Positions 20,751-30,364 of a stretch of DNA of 64,000 nucleotides are shown here, piece after piece. The first letter of the stretch is position 1, and every line of letters begins with the position of its first letter. The notes below the pieces were generated by a model. It searched no databases, had not been told where the DNA came from, and saw nothing but the letters and a program-made list of their open reading frames with translations. The translations under genes were made by a program, and so were the position numbers. Origin of the DNA: Candidatus Nomurabacteria bacterium (GTDB taxonomy: Bacteria > Patescibacteriota > Minisyncoccia > Phycocordibacterales > CAIJYI01); contig CALREZ010000001.1 in the NCBI GenBank assembly GCA_943356445.1, positions 15,818 through 79,817 on the forward strand, given 5' to 3'.

Positions 20751-21326
20751 TTACCCTTCGTCTTTCAGGAGGTCCATAAAGACGTTTTTTATCGTATGAT
20801 TGAGAATAAGATGGATATCCTCGGAGATTTCCATGTCGTTGATATTAGCATTTATTGAGTATTTTGCGAGTTTTTTCAATTTTCCCCCGTCATATCCGGT
20901 TAGTCCTATCGTGATGTTTCCTTGCGCGTTGGCGTATTCCACCGCTTTTATGACATTCTTGGAATTTCCGCTTCCTGACAGGGCGATAACGAGATCTCCC
21001 GGATTCAGAAAATTTTTCAGTTGTTCAATAAAGACTTCATCGTATGACAAGTCGTTTGAATATGCGGTAATGGTTGCCATATTGTCGGTAAGCGAGTGGA
21101 CGTGAAATTTTTTGTGTTTCCCGTAACTCACTCCTTTGTTGAGGTCGCAGGCGATATGCGAGGCGGTGGAGGCGCTGCCTCCGTTCCCGAAAACAAATAT
21201 GATATTGTCATTTTTATACGTCTCAAAAATGACATGCGCGACTTGGTTGATCTCGTCTCGGCTCAGAGCTTTGACGCACGACGCTACTTTTTCCAAGTAA
21301 TTATTGATCTGTTCTTTTGCTTCCAT
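20751..21326 (-). CDS. gmhA: Sedoheptulose-7-phosphate isomerase
   Basis: FGNGGSASTASH, ND, SGSGNS, EDIH. Confidence 0.92.
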   Translation of the reverse strand: MEAKEQINNYLEKVASCVKALSRDEINQVAHVIFETYKNDNIIFVFGNGGSASTASHIACDLNKGVSYGKHKKFHVHSLTDNMATITAYSNDLSYDEVFIEQLKNFLNPGDLVIALSGSGNSKNVIKAVEYANAQGNITIGLTGYDGGKLKKLAKYSINANINDMEISEDIHLILNHTIKNVFMDLLKDEG

Positions 21327-21363
21327 AGAAATATAAAATAAAAATAAATAAGGGTGTCAAATT

Positions 21364-22170
21364 TTATAATCTTATCCAAGAAGAGGGAATTAATGCCGCT
21401 TCTTTTTTTTCTTCAGATATGAACCACTTTTTCGGTGTCACTACTATTTTTTTCTTATTTTGATTGAGCCACGCGCCCCACCAGCTGAAGGTACTGTTTG
21501 CCGTTATATTATGCTTGCACAGGCTCATAAGCATAAGTTCTTGATAATCAATAAAACCTTTTTCTGAAACAAGAGTTACAGGAAAACCGAAACTGATATT
21601 TTTTTTCACCCAATCCTCATCATCTGAAAAAACAAATAGCTCAATATCTCCCGTCTTTTCTTTTATGTATTTCACCGCTTTTTTATAGTATTCCGGAGTG
21701 CAGCTCTCGTATACCCGCACATTTTTCCCCGAAAGATAATCCCCTTTCCGCACATGAAGAGAAACTGAGTTTGAACCGGAAATTTTTTTGAGAAGGGCTT
21801 CGTATTTTTCTCCTTGAATATCTTTAGGAATGAAATCTTTTCTCAAAATACTTTCTATTTCTTCAAAGTACTTTAAATTTTGCCAATACCCAGTAAGAAA
21901 AACATTTTTTCCGACAGACAAAATCTTGGAATCAAAAGCAAAAGAGGACTCCTTTATGTGTGGAATAAAAAGGGAACTTATTTTTTGAAACACTGTTATT
22001 CCTTTTCCCGAGATATTGAAATGATTAAGTGTAAACAACCGATCGGGAGAATTTTTATACCATGACACATCAAATACCAACCCAGTTTTTTGTTCAAGAG
22101 AAAGCCTCCTCCCTAATGCATACTGAAACATTTGATTGCCTATTCCTCCAAAGATTTTTATGATAATCAT
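21364..22170 (-). CDS. GT11 alpha-1,2-fucosyltransferase-like
   Basis: GGIGNQMFQYA, GYWQ, HVRKGDY, FSDD, NSTFSWWGA. Confidence 0.9.
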   Translation of the reverse strand: MIIIKIFGGIGNQMFQYALGRRLSLEQKTGLVFDVSWYKNSPDRLFTLNHFNISGKGITVFQKISSLFIPHIKESSFAFDSKILSVGKNVFLTGYWQNLKYFEEIESILRKDFIPKDIQGEKYEALLKKISGSNSVSLHVRKGDYLSGKNVRVYESCTPEYYKKAVKYIKEKTGDIELFVFSDDEDWVKKNISFGFPVTLVSEKGFIDYQELMLMSLCKHNITANSTFSWWGAWLNQNKKKIVVTPKKWFISEEKKEAALIPSSWIRL

Positions 22171-22171
22171 A

Positions 22172-23800
22172 CTATTTTTTCATGAACCAGAAACAACCGC
22201 AACCGTAATTTTGCGTGTCGGATTGTTCTTTTGTTGCGTTCGTTATCATGCCTGTTCCGATGGCGTTGTCTGGGATAAGGGAAAACTCCACCAGTTCCAA
22301 TCCTTCAAAATATCTCATAATCTGTTCGTATGAATATATGCGATGAGAATTGAAGCATATTTTTGGTTGGCCGAGGGGAACGACAAAAAGAAGATTCCCA
22401 TTTCTTGCAAGCACTCTTTTCAGTTCTTTGATGGCTTTTAGATCTCCTGCCGTATCCAGCGGGTCTCCGTACCGTCCGAGTCCAACGTGCTCAACAGTAT
22501 GCATACAGGAAAGAGAAGAAACGCTTTCGTCTTTGAAGGGGAGATGGAGCAAGTCAGCTTTAGAAGAGGAAAGACCGCTCATTTTTATGTTCGCCGGACG
22601 GTAGTCGTAGAAATGCACGGGGATAAAAGCGGAAAGCATCGTGCAGAAATGAAGCGTGGAGGAAACATCAATATGCTCTGTCGGGTTTATTTTTTTGACT
22701 ATTCTTGCCGCCCATGCGGGGTGGTAGATATAATGCGCGTCAAAATGAGTGGAAGGGGTTCTTTCTGAAAGCGACGGCCTGCGATTTTTCCAAAGTACGG
22801 AAAAATCCGAACGGCTTGTTGAAAGTTTTTGAAAGCGCAAAAAATCTTTCAGAAAGTTTTTATAAGAAAACGTTTTTTTGAAGAGTCTTTTTAAGAAATT
22901 CGGGAAAAGTTTTTTCAACAAAGATTTCCATCCGGAACCCGTATTCCCCGGAGCTTTATATCCGGTCATTCCCGTTTCTCCGGATTTGAGGAATATCGGT
23001 CTTTCAAAGAAGTTCTCAAACCAGTTTCGGGAACCCCAATCGCTTCGCAGATATTCCGCGTCTTCATCCGTAAGAAGGTGGACAAAATTAAGAAGCATTT
23101 TTGTCGCCATAAGGGAGCTTTCATCGGTTTTTTTAGATTCTCTCACGAAGAGGGAATCACCCCCGAAACGGTGGAAATAAAAAGAATTCGGAAGTACGAC
23201 GAACTTTGAACCGTTAGCGAGATGTTTCAGCGTGTATCCCCAAGCCTCATGAAGACCTTTTCCATATTCCCAATAACCGCCGATTTTCTCCCAGCTTTTT
23301 TTGGTATAGAGAAAATTTCCTCCCGGCCCCGGATTGATCGGGCCGGCAAGAAAATCGGCCAGCGACATAACGCCTCCTTTGTATATCCATTTGTGATCTA
23401 TCTTTTTTGTATCGGTTTTGAAGTAATGATATTCGCTGAAAGCGGCAACGTCGGCTTTTTCGGAGATAAGATATTCTTTGAGTTTTTTAATGCTTCCTTT
23501 CTCTAAAATGTTGTCGGCATCCAGATTGAAGATAAGAGGATTTTTTGCTTTTTTTATGCCGATATTTCTGGACGCGGGGCATCCTTTGTTTTGTTTATTT
23601 TTGATATAAACGACCTGCGGATATTTTTTTCGCAATTCCGCGATTTTTTTACCCGTATCATCGGAAGAAAAGTCGTTGACGATAATCACTTCGTCGCCAT
23701 TCTCAAAATTTCCGTGAAAAATAGAATCAACCGATTCCTCCAGTGTATCGGCGCAATTATATGCCGGTATGACGAAGCTGATTTTTGAAATCTTATCCAT
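22172..23800 (-). CDS. GT2 glycosyltransferase fused to DUF268-like methyltransferase domain
   Basis: N-terminal SFVIPAYN/DADN; C-terminal YHPAWAAR...SCMHTVEHVGLGRYGD. Confidence 0.8.
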   Translation of the reverse strand: MDKISKISFVIPAYNCADTLEESVDSIFHGNFENGDEVIIVNDFSSDDTGKKIAELRKKYPQVVYIKNKQNKGCPASRNIGIKKAKNPLIFNLDADNILEKGSIKKLKEYLISEKADVAAFSEYHYFKTDTKKIDHKWIYKGGVMSLADFLAGPINPGPGGNFLYTKKSWEKIGGYWEYGKGLHEAWGYTLKHLANGSKFVVLPNSFYFHRFGGDSLFVRESKKTDESSLMATKMLLNFVHLLTDEDAEYLRSDWGSRNWFENFFERPIFLKSGETGMTGYKAPGNTGSGWKSLLKKLFPNFLKRLFKKTFSYKNFLKDFLRFQKLSTSRSDFSVLWKNRRPSLSERTPSTHFDAHYIYHPAWAARIVKKINPTEHIDVSSTLHFCTMLSAFIPVHFYDYRPANIKMSGLSSSKADLLHLPFKDESVSSLSCMHTVEHVGLGRYGDPLDTAGDLKAIKELKRVLARNGNLLFVVPLGQPKICFNSHRIYSYEQIMRYFEGLELVEFSLIPDNAIGTGMITNATKEQSDTQNYGCGCFWFMKK

Positions 23801-23802
23801 TT

Positions 23803-25590
23803 TTATTTTTTCTTGAATACGATGAGTACGCTGTGGCCAATCAAGTGTTTTGATATTGCAGAAATTCCTGCGTAGGAAATAAGTTTTGATATTCTTCTGA
23901 ATAGAAACTCAAAAAGGCCGGCTTTTTTGTTGAGTCTTTCTTTTATTGAACGGTTTGCTATCTTTAAAGCGTAACCGAGATGGTACTCCTGAAGGGGCTC
24001 AAAATATATCCTTTCTACTTCTATCCCGAAGTGATTTTGAAGAGAGATAAGAGAATTTATATTCCATCGCCCCATATGGTGAGGAGGCATGTTAAGGATG
24101 GTACTATCATCTGTAAAAATAAGGCAGTCGTTATTCGGCACGCTTACAATCATTAATCCCCCTTGTTTAAGTACGGCAAGCGATGCTTCCAAAAAACTTT
24201 TGACGTCGGGAACATGTTCCAATACTTGAAATGAACAGACGACATCATAATATAATTCTTTTTTATGCGAAAAAGTTTCAATACTGTCGGAATAAACGGC
24301 AAGACCTCTTTTTTTACATTCCAAAAGCGCGTCAGAGTTCATTTCCAGCCCTTCGGCGGTTGAACCGTTCCCGGAAACTTTTTTAAGAAAATCTCCGCGC
24401 GCGCACCCGATTTCCAAGACCTTGTCGTTCTTTTTTATAAATTGAGAAGCAATTCCGTGTTCCCATTTTTCGTCCATGTAATACCATGGGAATTTTTGGA
24501 GCTCCTGATAAAAAGAATCGTCACCGGCAATGGCAAAAGGCGCAAAAAAACGATAACCGGTATCAAGACAACGATAAAGACATACGGTTTTTATATTCTT
24601 GAAAAATTTTTCCACATTTATTCCAAATTCTCTTTTATATCCGTCTATTAAAAAAGAAGAAGGAATTTCTTTTTCCAACAAAACATTATCTTTTCCTGTA
24701 ATCGGACTTTTGGGAATCATCTTATTTTTTTCATTAGCAATACTTTCCATTACTTCCTCGTATTTTTTGAAAGGAAAAACATCAAGATATGAACCCGGGG
24801 TTAAATTGAATATCTTCACGTCTGACATTTTTTGTTTTAAAAGTCTGTGGGTCTGAAAGGTTATTCTTGCGCATTTGCAGGTTTCTTCATAAGGAACGAT
24901 AATATCCATTATTGGTATTTTGGGAACATCTTCCGCTTCGTAAAAATGATGTTCTTGATAATAAGGGGTTTTTCCTTCTATATAGCTTTTTTTTACGAGC
25001 CAATCATGCTCCACCCCCATGAGGTACATTGTTTTGAATCCCATGTAATTTGCCGTAATCATTGAGGAGAAAATTATATTTTGAAGATACGGAATTTGTT
25101 TATCAATATCAACATTGAATTTCCCGTCCTCGGTGAAATATTGGTTTTGCGATAAAAATATTTTTTTATTTTTAGAGAATAAATCTCTTTTTTCAATTAA
25201 TTCCTTGTATGTGAAAGGCAAGATCATTATTGTATCTTCATGGACCTTTTTGGAAACGTTCTCTAGGTATTTTTTTGATTCAACGTCTTCTTTAAAAACT
25301 TCTGAACAAAGAATGGAGAAAAATTTTGGATGCACTATATCATACTGCGGGTGAAGATAGAAACCAGCAACAGCAAAAGTCCATTCATCTTTCAGCGGTG
25401 TAAGATCTTGTATTTTTATAGAAGGACCCGTTCCTAATATAAAACACCGCTTTCCTTTGTTGGCGTTTTTATATTTGACATTTTCTTTTAAATCTTTCTC
25501 AATTTGTATTTTTTGAAAAAATAGCCGAATTCTGGTTCTTATCAATGTTCTTTTTTTAAGCCAAATTATTGCTTTTTTTACCTTTTTCAT
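23803..25590 (-). CDS. Maf/DUF115-like domain fused to class I methyltransferase
   Basis: KRCFILGTGPS, YMGFKTMYLMGVEH, HFY in the N-half; VLEIGCARG, FQVLEH, PPHH in the C-half. Confidence 0.75.
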   Translation of the reverse strand: MKKVKKAIIWLKKRTLIRTRIRLFFQKIQIEKDLKENVKYKNANKGKRCFILGTGPSIKIQDLTPLKDEWTFAVAGFYLHPQYDIVHPKFFSILCSEVFKEDVESKKYLENVSKKVHEDTIMILPFTYKELIEKRDLFSKNKKIFLSQNQYFTEDGKFNVDIDKQIPYLQNIIFSSMITANYMGFKTMYLMGVEHDWLVKKSYIEGKTPYYQEHHFYEAEDVPKIPIMDIIVPYEETCKCARITFQTHRLLKQKMSDVKIFNLTPGSYLDVFPFKKYEEVMESIANEKNKMIPKSPITGKDNVLLEKEIPSSFLIDGYKREFGINVEKFFKNIKTVCLYRCLDTGYRFFAPFAIAGDDSFYQELQKFPWYYMDEKWEHGIASQFIKKNDKVLEIGCARGDFLKKVSGNGSTAEGLEMNSDALLECKKRGLAVYSDSIETFSHKKELYYDVVCSFQVLEHVPDVKSFLEASLAVLKQGGLMIVSVPNNDCLIFTDDSTILNMPPHHMGRWNINSLISLQNHFGIEVERIYFEPLQEYHLGYALKIANRSIKERLNKKAGLFEFLFRRISKLISYAGISAISKHLIGHSVLIVFKKK

Positions 25591-25703
25591 GTTTTTTGAT
25601 TTGTTTATTATATACCTTTTTGAACCCCATGATAAGCCTTTTTCTTAAAGGTAAAGCATTGTAATTAAAATACGAAAAGTATGGAATGTCTGTTTGCGTA
25701 AAT

Positions 25704-25736
25704 AAAAAAAGCGCTTCCTCTAAGAGAAAGCGCTTT
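25704..25736 (-). terminator. Intrinsic terminator after DUF4910 gene
   Basis: AAAGCGCTT...AAGCGCTTT stem with a T-run on the minus strand. Confidence 0.65.
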
Positions 25737-25751
25737 GAGTAATCTTTTGTA

Positions 25752-27068
25752 TTATTTTTTTTGCAATAATTTTTTTTCTTCAAGCTTTTTAATCGCATCA
25801 AGAATTTGCTTTTTGTTCATTTGCGATCTTTCAATCATTTGATCAACACTCGTTTTTCCATCGGCGTAAAACAGTACCCAGTATAGGGCATCGAGTTCAT
25901 TGCTTCTCCATGGTTTTTTTTCATGATCTATGCGATTTAATGCTCCGATCTTTGGATAGAGCCCGCGTTTTCCGAGCTGTAGCTCGCAACGAGATTCTGT
26001 CCGCTCATAAAACTTTAGAGAATCAATTTCTTTTATAAGTCTCATGTGCATTTCAATACTTTTGAAGATATTTTCCGCTTTGACAAAATCAAGATTGTCT
26101 AATGAGGTATGATAGTAATCATATTCACAGTATTTATCCCGACAAATAGTTATGCAGGGTATACGGAATCCCGGAGACGAATATTGGCGTTCATCGCTTC
26201 CTTGAGGCACGAACTCATACTCTTTGAATTCTTGTTTTGATGCTGTCAGTACTTTTCTAGCAGCGATATCAACGAAGCTCTTTTCTTCAAAAGAAGGTTT
26301 CAACGAAAAAATCCCAGGACCTCCCACGCAAGATATTATTATCCCGGCCATGACTTTTTTCATTGCGTCTTCATTGTTTTTACAATACGCAACCGCGCCT
26401 ATCGTTTCCGGAACAAAGACAATCCGGTAGCTGTAATTCAGCTTCATTTCCAACATTTTTTTTGCGAGAAAAGTCGTAAGCACAATTCCGCTCAAGTTAT
26501 CATTTGCAAGCGAAGGATGGCAAATATAAGTTGAAATGAGAAACTCATCATTTTTTTTGCCCGGAATCAATAATTCGCCTAAAGAAAGCGAACCGTCCTC
26601 AAGGTTTGAGTCAATGAAAACTTCGTATTTCTCACCCTCCCTAAAATATTTCTTGAAGTCATCATAGCTCACGCAAAATCCCCAGTAATCGTTATAATAC
26701 GAAGTCCTATAGGGTACCGCACAGGGAAGGTTTTCTTTATAGTGTAAATGGGGAACAAGCTCTTTAAAAGTAAGTTTTCCTTTTACTGGCTGACTATATC
26801 CTACCACGTGCAAATTGCTTTTCTTGAAATCAACAATTTTTTCTCCCTGAGAATTTTTTATCCAGCCATCTTTTATATTCCATTCTTTTGGAATTACCCA
26901 GTCGTAGACTTCTTGTCCCGAAGGGTATTCTTTTATTTTCAAAGGAACAATATCTTGCAGTATTTTGAGTGTTTTTCTATTTCCGATGCCAGTAAGACTT
27001 CGTGAAATAGGAAAAAGAAGCTCCATGCATTGTCGTATCTCATTAGTTACTATTGATCGTTTGCTCAT
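25752..27068 (-). CDS. DUF4910 aminopeptidase-like polysaccharide-biosynthesis protein
   Basis: RSLTGIG, DWVIPKEW, PYRTSYY, HPSLANDNLSG, GSDERQY, YHTSLD, C-terminal winged helix; ATG at 27068. Confidence 0.85.
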   Translation of the reverse strand: MSKRSIVTNEIRQCMELLFPISRSLTGIGNRKTLKILQDIVPLKIKEYPSGQEVYDWVIPKEWNIKDGWIKNSQGEKIVDFKKSNLHVVGYSQPVKGKLTFKELVPHLHYKENLPCAVPYRTSYYNDYWGFCVSYDDFKKYFREGEKYEVFIDSNLEDGSLSLGELLIPGKKNDEFLISTYICHPSLANDNLSGIVLTTFLAKKMLEMKLNYSYRIVFVPETIGAVAYCKNNEDAMKKVMAGIIISCVGGPGIFSLKPSFEEKSFVDIAARKVLTASKQEFKEYEFVPQGSDERQYSSPGFRIPCITICRDKYCEYDYYHTSLDNLDFVKAENIFKSIEMHMRLIKEIDSLKFYERTESRCELQLGKRGLYPKIGALNRIDHEKKPWRSNELDALYWVLFYADGKTSVDQMIERSQMNKKQILDAIKKLEEKKLLQKK

Positions 27069-27072
27069 GGCT

Positions 27073-27750
27073 TTAATTGCTCTCCGCAGGTTTTTGAAAT
27101 ATGAGGTCCATTGAGTTGTTCCAAAAAGCAAATTTCCCGCGTCCGGTGAACAGTTTTTTAAGAAAACAGAAATGATCTTTAACCGGATTTGAGTAGGCAC
27201 TATCAAGATAGGGATATCTGATTTCTTTGAAACTGAAGCCGAAATTTTCCATGGCTTGTTTTAAGCTATTATCGGATGGAAGGTAGAAATTTTGTTCAGG
27301 AATAAGAAGGGGAAGGGAATTCCAGAGTTTGAAATATAGACTGTTCGTATTTGGCGTCATGAGAAATACAACAAAACCTCCGGGCTTTAAAGCCTCAAAC
27401 GTTTTCTTCATATACAGAAACGGAGTGTCTATATGCTGAATTGTTCCGCGAAAAACAATAAGATCAAAGAAATTTTTTGAATTAAAAAGATCTTTATCAA
27501 ACCGTATTCCTTTCTCTGTGGCGATGGATTTTGCAAATTCGGATATTTCCATTCCATAGGTTTCACCATTCCACTTCAGAACATCAAGGAACTCTCCAGT
27601 GGAGCATCCGACATCCAGAAGTTTTCCGGAACAAATATATTTATTAATGAATTCTTTTTCAGACAAAAAACTTTTTTGTCTTTTTATGTCATTCCCGACC
27701 CGATCTCTAAAATATTCAGGATTGAATACTTCGCGATACTTTTCGTTCAT
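27073..27750 (-). CDS. Class I SAM-dependent methyltransferase
   Basis: LLDVGCSTG, LKPGG, TPN; AAGGAGG upstream. Confidence 0.88.
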   Translation of the reverse strand: MNEKYREVFNPEYFRDRVGNDIKRQKSFLSEKEFINKYICSGKLLDVGCSTGEFLDVLKWNGETYGMEISEFAKSIATEKGIRFDKDLFNSKNFFDLIVFRGTIQHIDTPFLYMKKTFEALKPGGFVVFLMTPNTNSLYFKLWNSLPLLIPEQNFYLPSDNSLKQAMENFGFSFKEIRYPYLDSAYSNPVKDHFCFLKKLFTGRGKFAFWNNSMDLIFQKPAESN

Positions 27751-28447
27751 ATTGCCTCCTTATCTTTTTTAGCAGTTTATATTTCAACTCCGCCATTTCC
27801 CAATCTTCTTCTGTGTTGATGTCTTGTCCTTCGAACTGTGGAACTATCAGCGGTAAAGAGTGTTTGAGATAGAGTGTTCTTTGTTTCAAAAAACTATCGG
27901 TTTTGAGAAAATAAAATTGATTGGAATCGTTGTACGATGGTTCCATGTCTTGGGTTCTTGTAGCGTAATTTTCCGGCCAAAACATTTTTACCATACCGTC
28001 CTCTATCTTCAACGCTTTTTGAATCGGGGCAGGGCAACTCATCACAGGAAATACTGCGTCTGCTTTTTTTTCAATAATCATGCGTTCGGCCGTTTTCAGC
28101 CGTTCGGGGGTAAGAAACGGAGATGTAGGGTAAATACAGCACACATAATCAAATTCGCGTCCGAGTTTTTTATACTCCTCTAACACTTCAATAAGTACTG
28201 TTGCAGTACCCGTTGTGTCTGACGAATTCTCCTGCGAACGCATAAAAGGAACTTTTGCGTCAAGAGCAAGGGAGATATCGGCAATAGTTTTGTCGTTGGT
28301 TGATACCATTGTTTCGCAGAAAACCCCCGAGTGAATTGCCGCATCAATTGAGTATTTGATGATGGGCTGACCGTTGAATTTTTTAATGTTTTTGTGAGGT
28401 ATTCTTTTGCTCCCTCCTCTAGCGGGAATGATAGCAAGTATCTTCAT
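27716..28447 (-). CDS. pseF: CMP-nonulosonate synthetase (PseF-like cytidylyltransferase)
   Basis: IIPARGGSKRIPHKN, CIYPTSP, RTQD, QDINTEEDW. Confidence 0.88.
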   Translation of the reverse strand: MKILAIIPARGGSKRIPHKNIKKFNGQPIIKYSIDAAIHSGVFCETMVSTNDKTIADISLALDAKVPFMRSQENSSDTTGTATVLIEVLEEYKKLGREFDYVCCIYPTSPFLTPERLKTAERMIIEKKADAVFPVMSCPAPIQKALKIEDGMVKMFWPENYATRTQDMEPSYNDSNQFYFLKTDSFLKQRTLYLKHSLPLIVPQFEGQDINTEEDWEMAELKYKLLKKIRRQYERKVSRSIQS

Positions 28448-28634
28448 TTTTTATTTACTCCTTCTTTTTGGTTTTAATCTGTTTTTTTGCAAATCAAATA
28501 ATACTATCAAAGTACGAAAATCCGTTTGAAGTATATCCCATATTTAATGAAAAGGTCAAGGGGTAATTTGGTTATATTTTAAAAAATATGATTGTCTTAT
28601 TGCTTAGTTTTAAAAAAAAGGGATAATATAAATC

Positions 28635-29237
28635 ATGAATATCTCAAGAGAAGAAATGAGGAAAAATCTTCAAAAGGAATTTGAACAGTGTTATTTGTCG
28701 GTTCCGAAAACCCATTCTCCTGATATTGAGGGGGTAGTCATTCTTTCTCACGTTGATTATAATTTTGATAGGGAGGACCCGCGGTGTAAATTCTCAGATG
28801 AGCTTATTTCTCGGATAGAATATGGCGCAAAAATGTTTTTAGATTCTTCTTTAAAAGTTTTTTTGATTATGGACGGATGTCGTTCACAGCTTCTTTTAAT
28901 GGAGGAAAGAGCTATTGGTCTCGGTGTCAGACAAGATCAAATTTATCTTTTAGATGCGGGTGATATCGCTTTCTCAAACACAAAAAAACAGATTGAGATT
29001 TTACGCGACGATCCGATTACCAGTAAAATGAAGAAAATAGTTTTTATAACTAATACTTATCACGTTCCCAGAGTCAGGAGAACAGCCTCGCTTTTAATTC
29101 CTGAAAATATTTCTTTTGATGTTTTTGGCGTTCCAAATGATATTTCGCTGTATGATAAACAGAATGCGATTAATGGGGAAATAGAACGAATTCTAAAATA
29201 TATTGAAAAAGGTGATATTGCCATTACTCCTCGCTGA
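28635..29237 (+). CDS. YdcF/DUF218 (ElyC/SanA-like) protein
   Basis: R..YGA, SNTKKQ, ITNTYHVPRV; own promoter and terminator, opposite strand to its neighbours. Confidence 0.7.
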   Translation: MNISREEMRKNLQKEFEQCYLSVPKTHSPDIEGVVILSHVDYNFDREDPRCKFSDELISRIEYGAKMFLDSSLKVFLIMDGCRSQLLLMEERAIGLGVRQDQIYLLDAGDIAFSNTKKQIEILRDDPITSKMKKIVFITNTYHVPRVRRTASLLIPENISFDVFGVPNDISLYDKQNAINGEIERILKYIEKGDIAITPR

Positions 29238-29248
29238 AAGTATATGAA

Positions 29249-29277
29249 AAAGCACCGACCATACGAATCGGTGCTTT
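29249..29277. terminator. Bidirectional terminator between convergent DUF218 and pseI-like genes
   Basis: AAAGCACCGA-N9-TCGGTGCTTT. Confidence 0.7.
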
Positions 29278-29281
29278 GTTA

Positions 29282-30337
29282 TTATTGGAGCTTTTCAAAA
29301 ACTAATTCTTCCCCCTTTTTGATCTTTTTTATGACTTTTTTCCCGACCATCTCGGAGACACGATAGGGAGGTACTCCTTTATTTGATAAAGGTCGGAGAA
29401 AATCCAACATTTCGGAGGTTATTATGGAATTTTTGCGGATATTGTATTTTGCGCGGATTGATCTTTTATAAGATAAAGCGGATTCTTTTTCATTATCTTC
29501 CACTTTTTTTATTCCGTCACCAAGCGCCATATATACTTCTTCTGCGCATTGCACCATCTTTTTCCATGATTTCGGGTCCATAGCAAACTTATGGTCTTGT
29601 CCGTCACGAGAATTGTCATCTGTAAAATGTTTTTCAAATACAACCGCACCGAAGGGGACAGCTCCAAGAACGGTTGAGTATCCTTTTGTGTGGTCTGATA
29701 ATCCTAAAATTATATCGGGATAAATATCCCTATAAGTTTTTAAGACATTCAAATTTATATATTTGAAATTTTCAGTGTTTGCCGTGTAATTGGTGTTGCA
29801 TTGCATCAGTACTATATTGTCGGTATATTTTTGAATCGTTTCCATTGATCGAGTAATATCTTCCAATGAAGAAGCCCCCGTCGCAATAATTACCGGCTTT
29901 CCTTTTTTTGCAATGTACTCAATAATTTCGAGCCAGGTGATATCGCCCGATCCAATTTTGTAAGCATTTACAAACGGATCAACGTGGTCAACAGATTCAA
30001 AATCATAAGGACTCGTTAAATACTCAATACCGACTTCATCGCATTTTGCTTTAAGCTTCGCTGTCCATTCAAACGAAATGCTCGCGTCCTTGTAGGTCTC
30101 AAAAACTGATTTTTTCCAAGCGGCCTGATTGGATAGTTTTCCGAGAACATTAAACCCGACCTTGCTGATCAGTTTTTCTGCCTGAAAATTCTGGAACTTG
30201 GCAGCATGCGCTCCCGTTTCTTTTGCGAGTTCGATAAGTTTGAATGCACGAGTAATATCGCCGTCATGGTTAGAGGCAATATCTGCGATAAAGTATAACG
30301 GTCCGGTTTTTGTAATAGATATTTGACCGATTTTCAT
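29282..30337 (-). CDS. Nonulosonic acid synthase (NeuB/PseI family) with SAF domain
   Basis: IADIASNHDG, AKFQ, KIGSGD, GLSDHT, EKHFT; ATG at 30337. Confidence 0.9.
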   Translation of the reverse strand: MKIGQISITKTGPLYFIADIASNHDGDITRAFKLIELAKETGAHAAKFQNFQAEKLISKVGFNVLGKLSNQAAWKKSVFETYKDASISFEWTAKLKAKCDEVGIEYLTSPYDFESVDHVDPFVNAYKIGSGDITWLEIIEYIAKKGKPVIIATGASSLEDITRSMETIQKYTDNIVLMQCNTNYTANTENFKYINLNVLKTYRDIYPDIILGLSDHTKGYSTVLGAVPFGAVVFEKHFTDDNSRDGQDHKFAMDPKSWKKMVQCAEEVYMALGDGIKKVEDNEKESALSYKRSIRAKYNIRKNSIITSEMLDFLRPLSNKGVPPYRVSEMVGKKVIKKIKKGEELVFEKLQ

Positions 30338-30364
30338 TTCGATTCCCCTTTGTTTCAAAAAACA

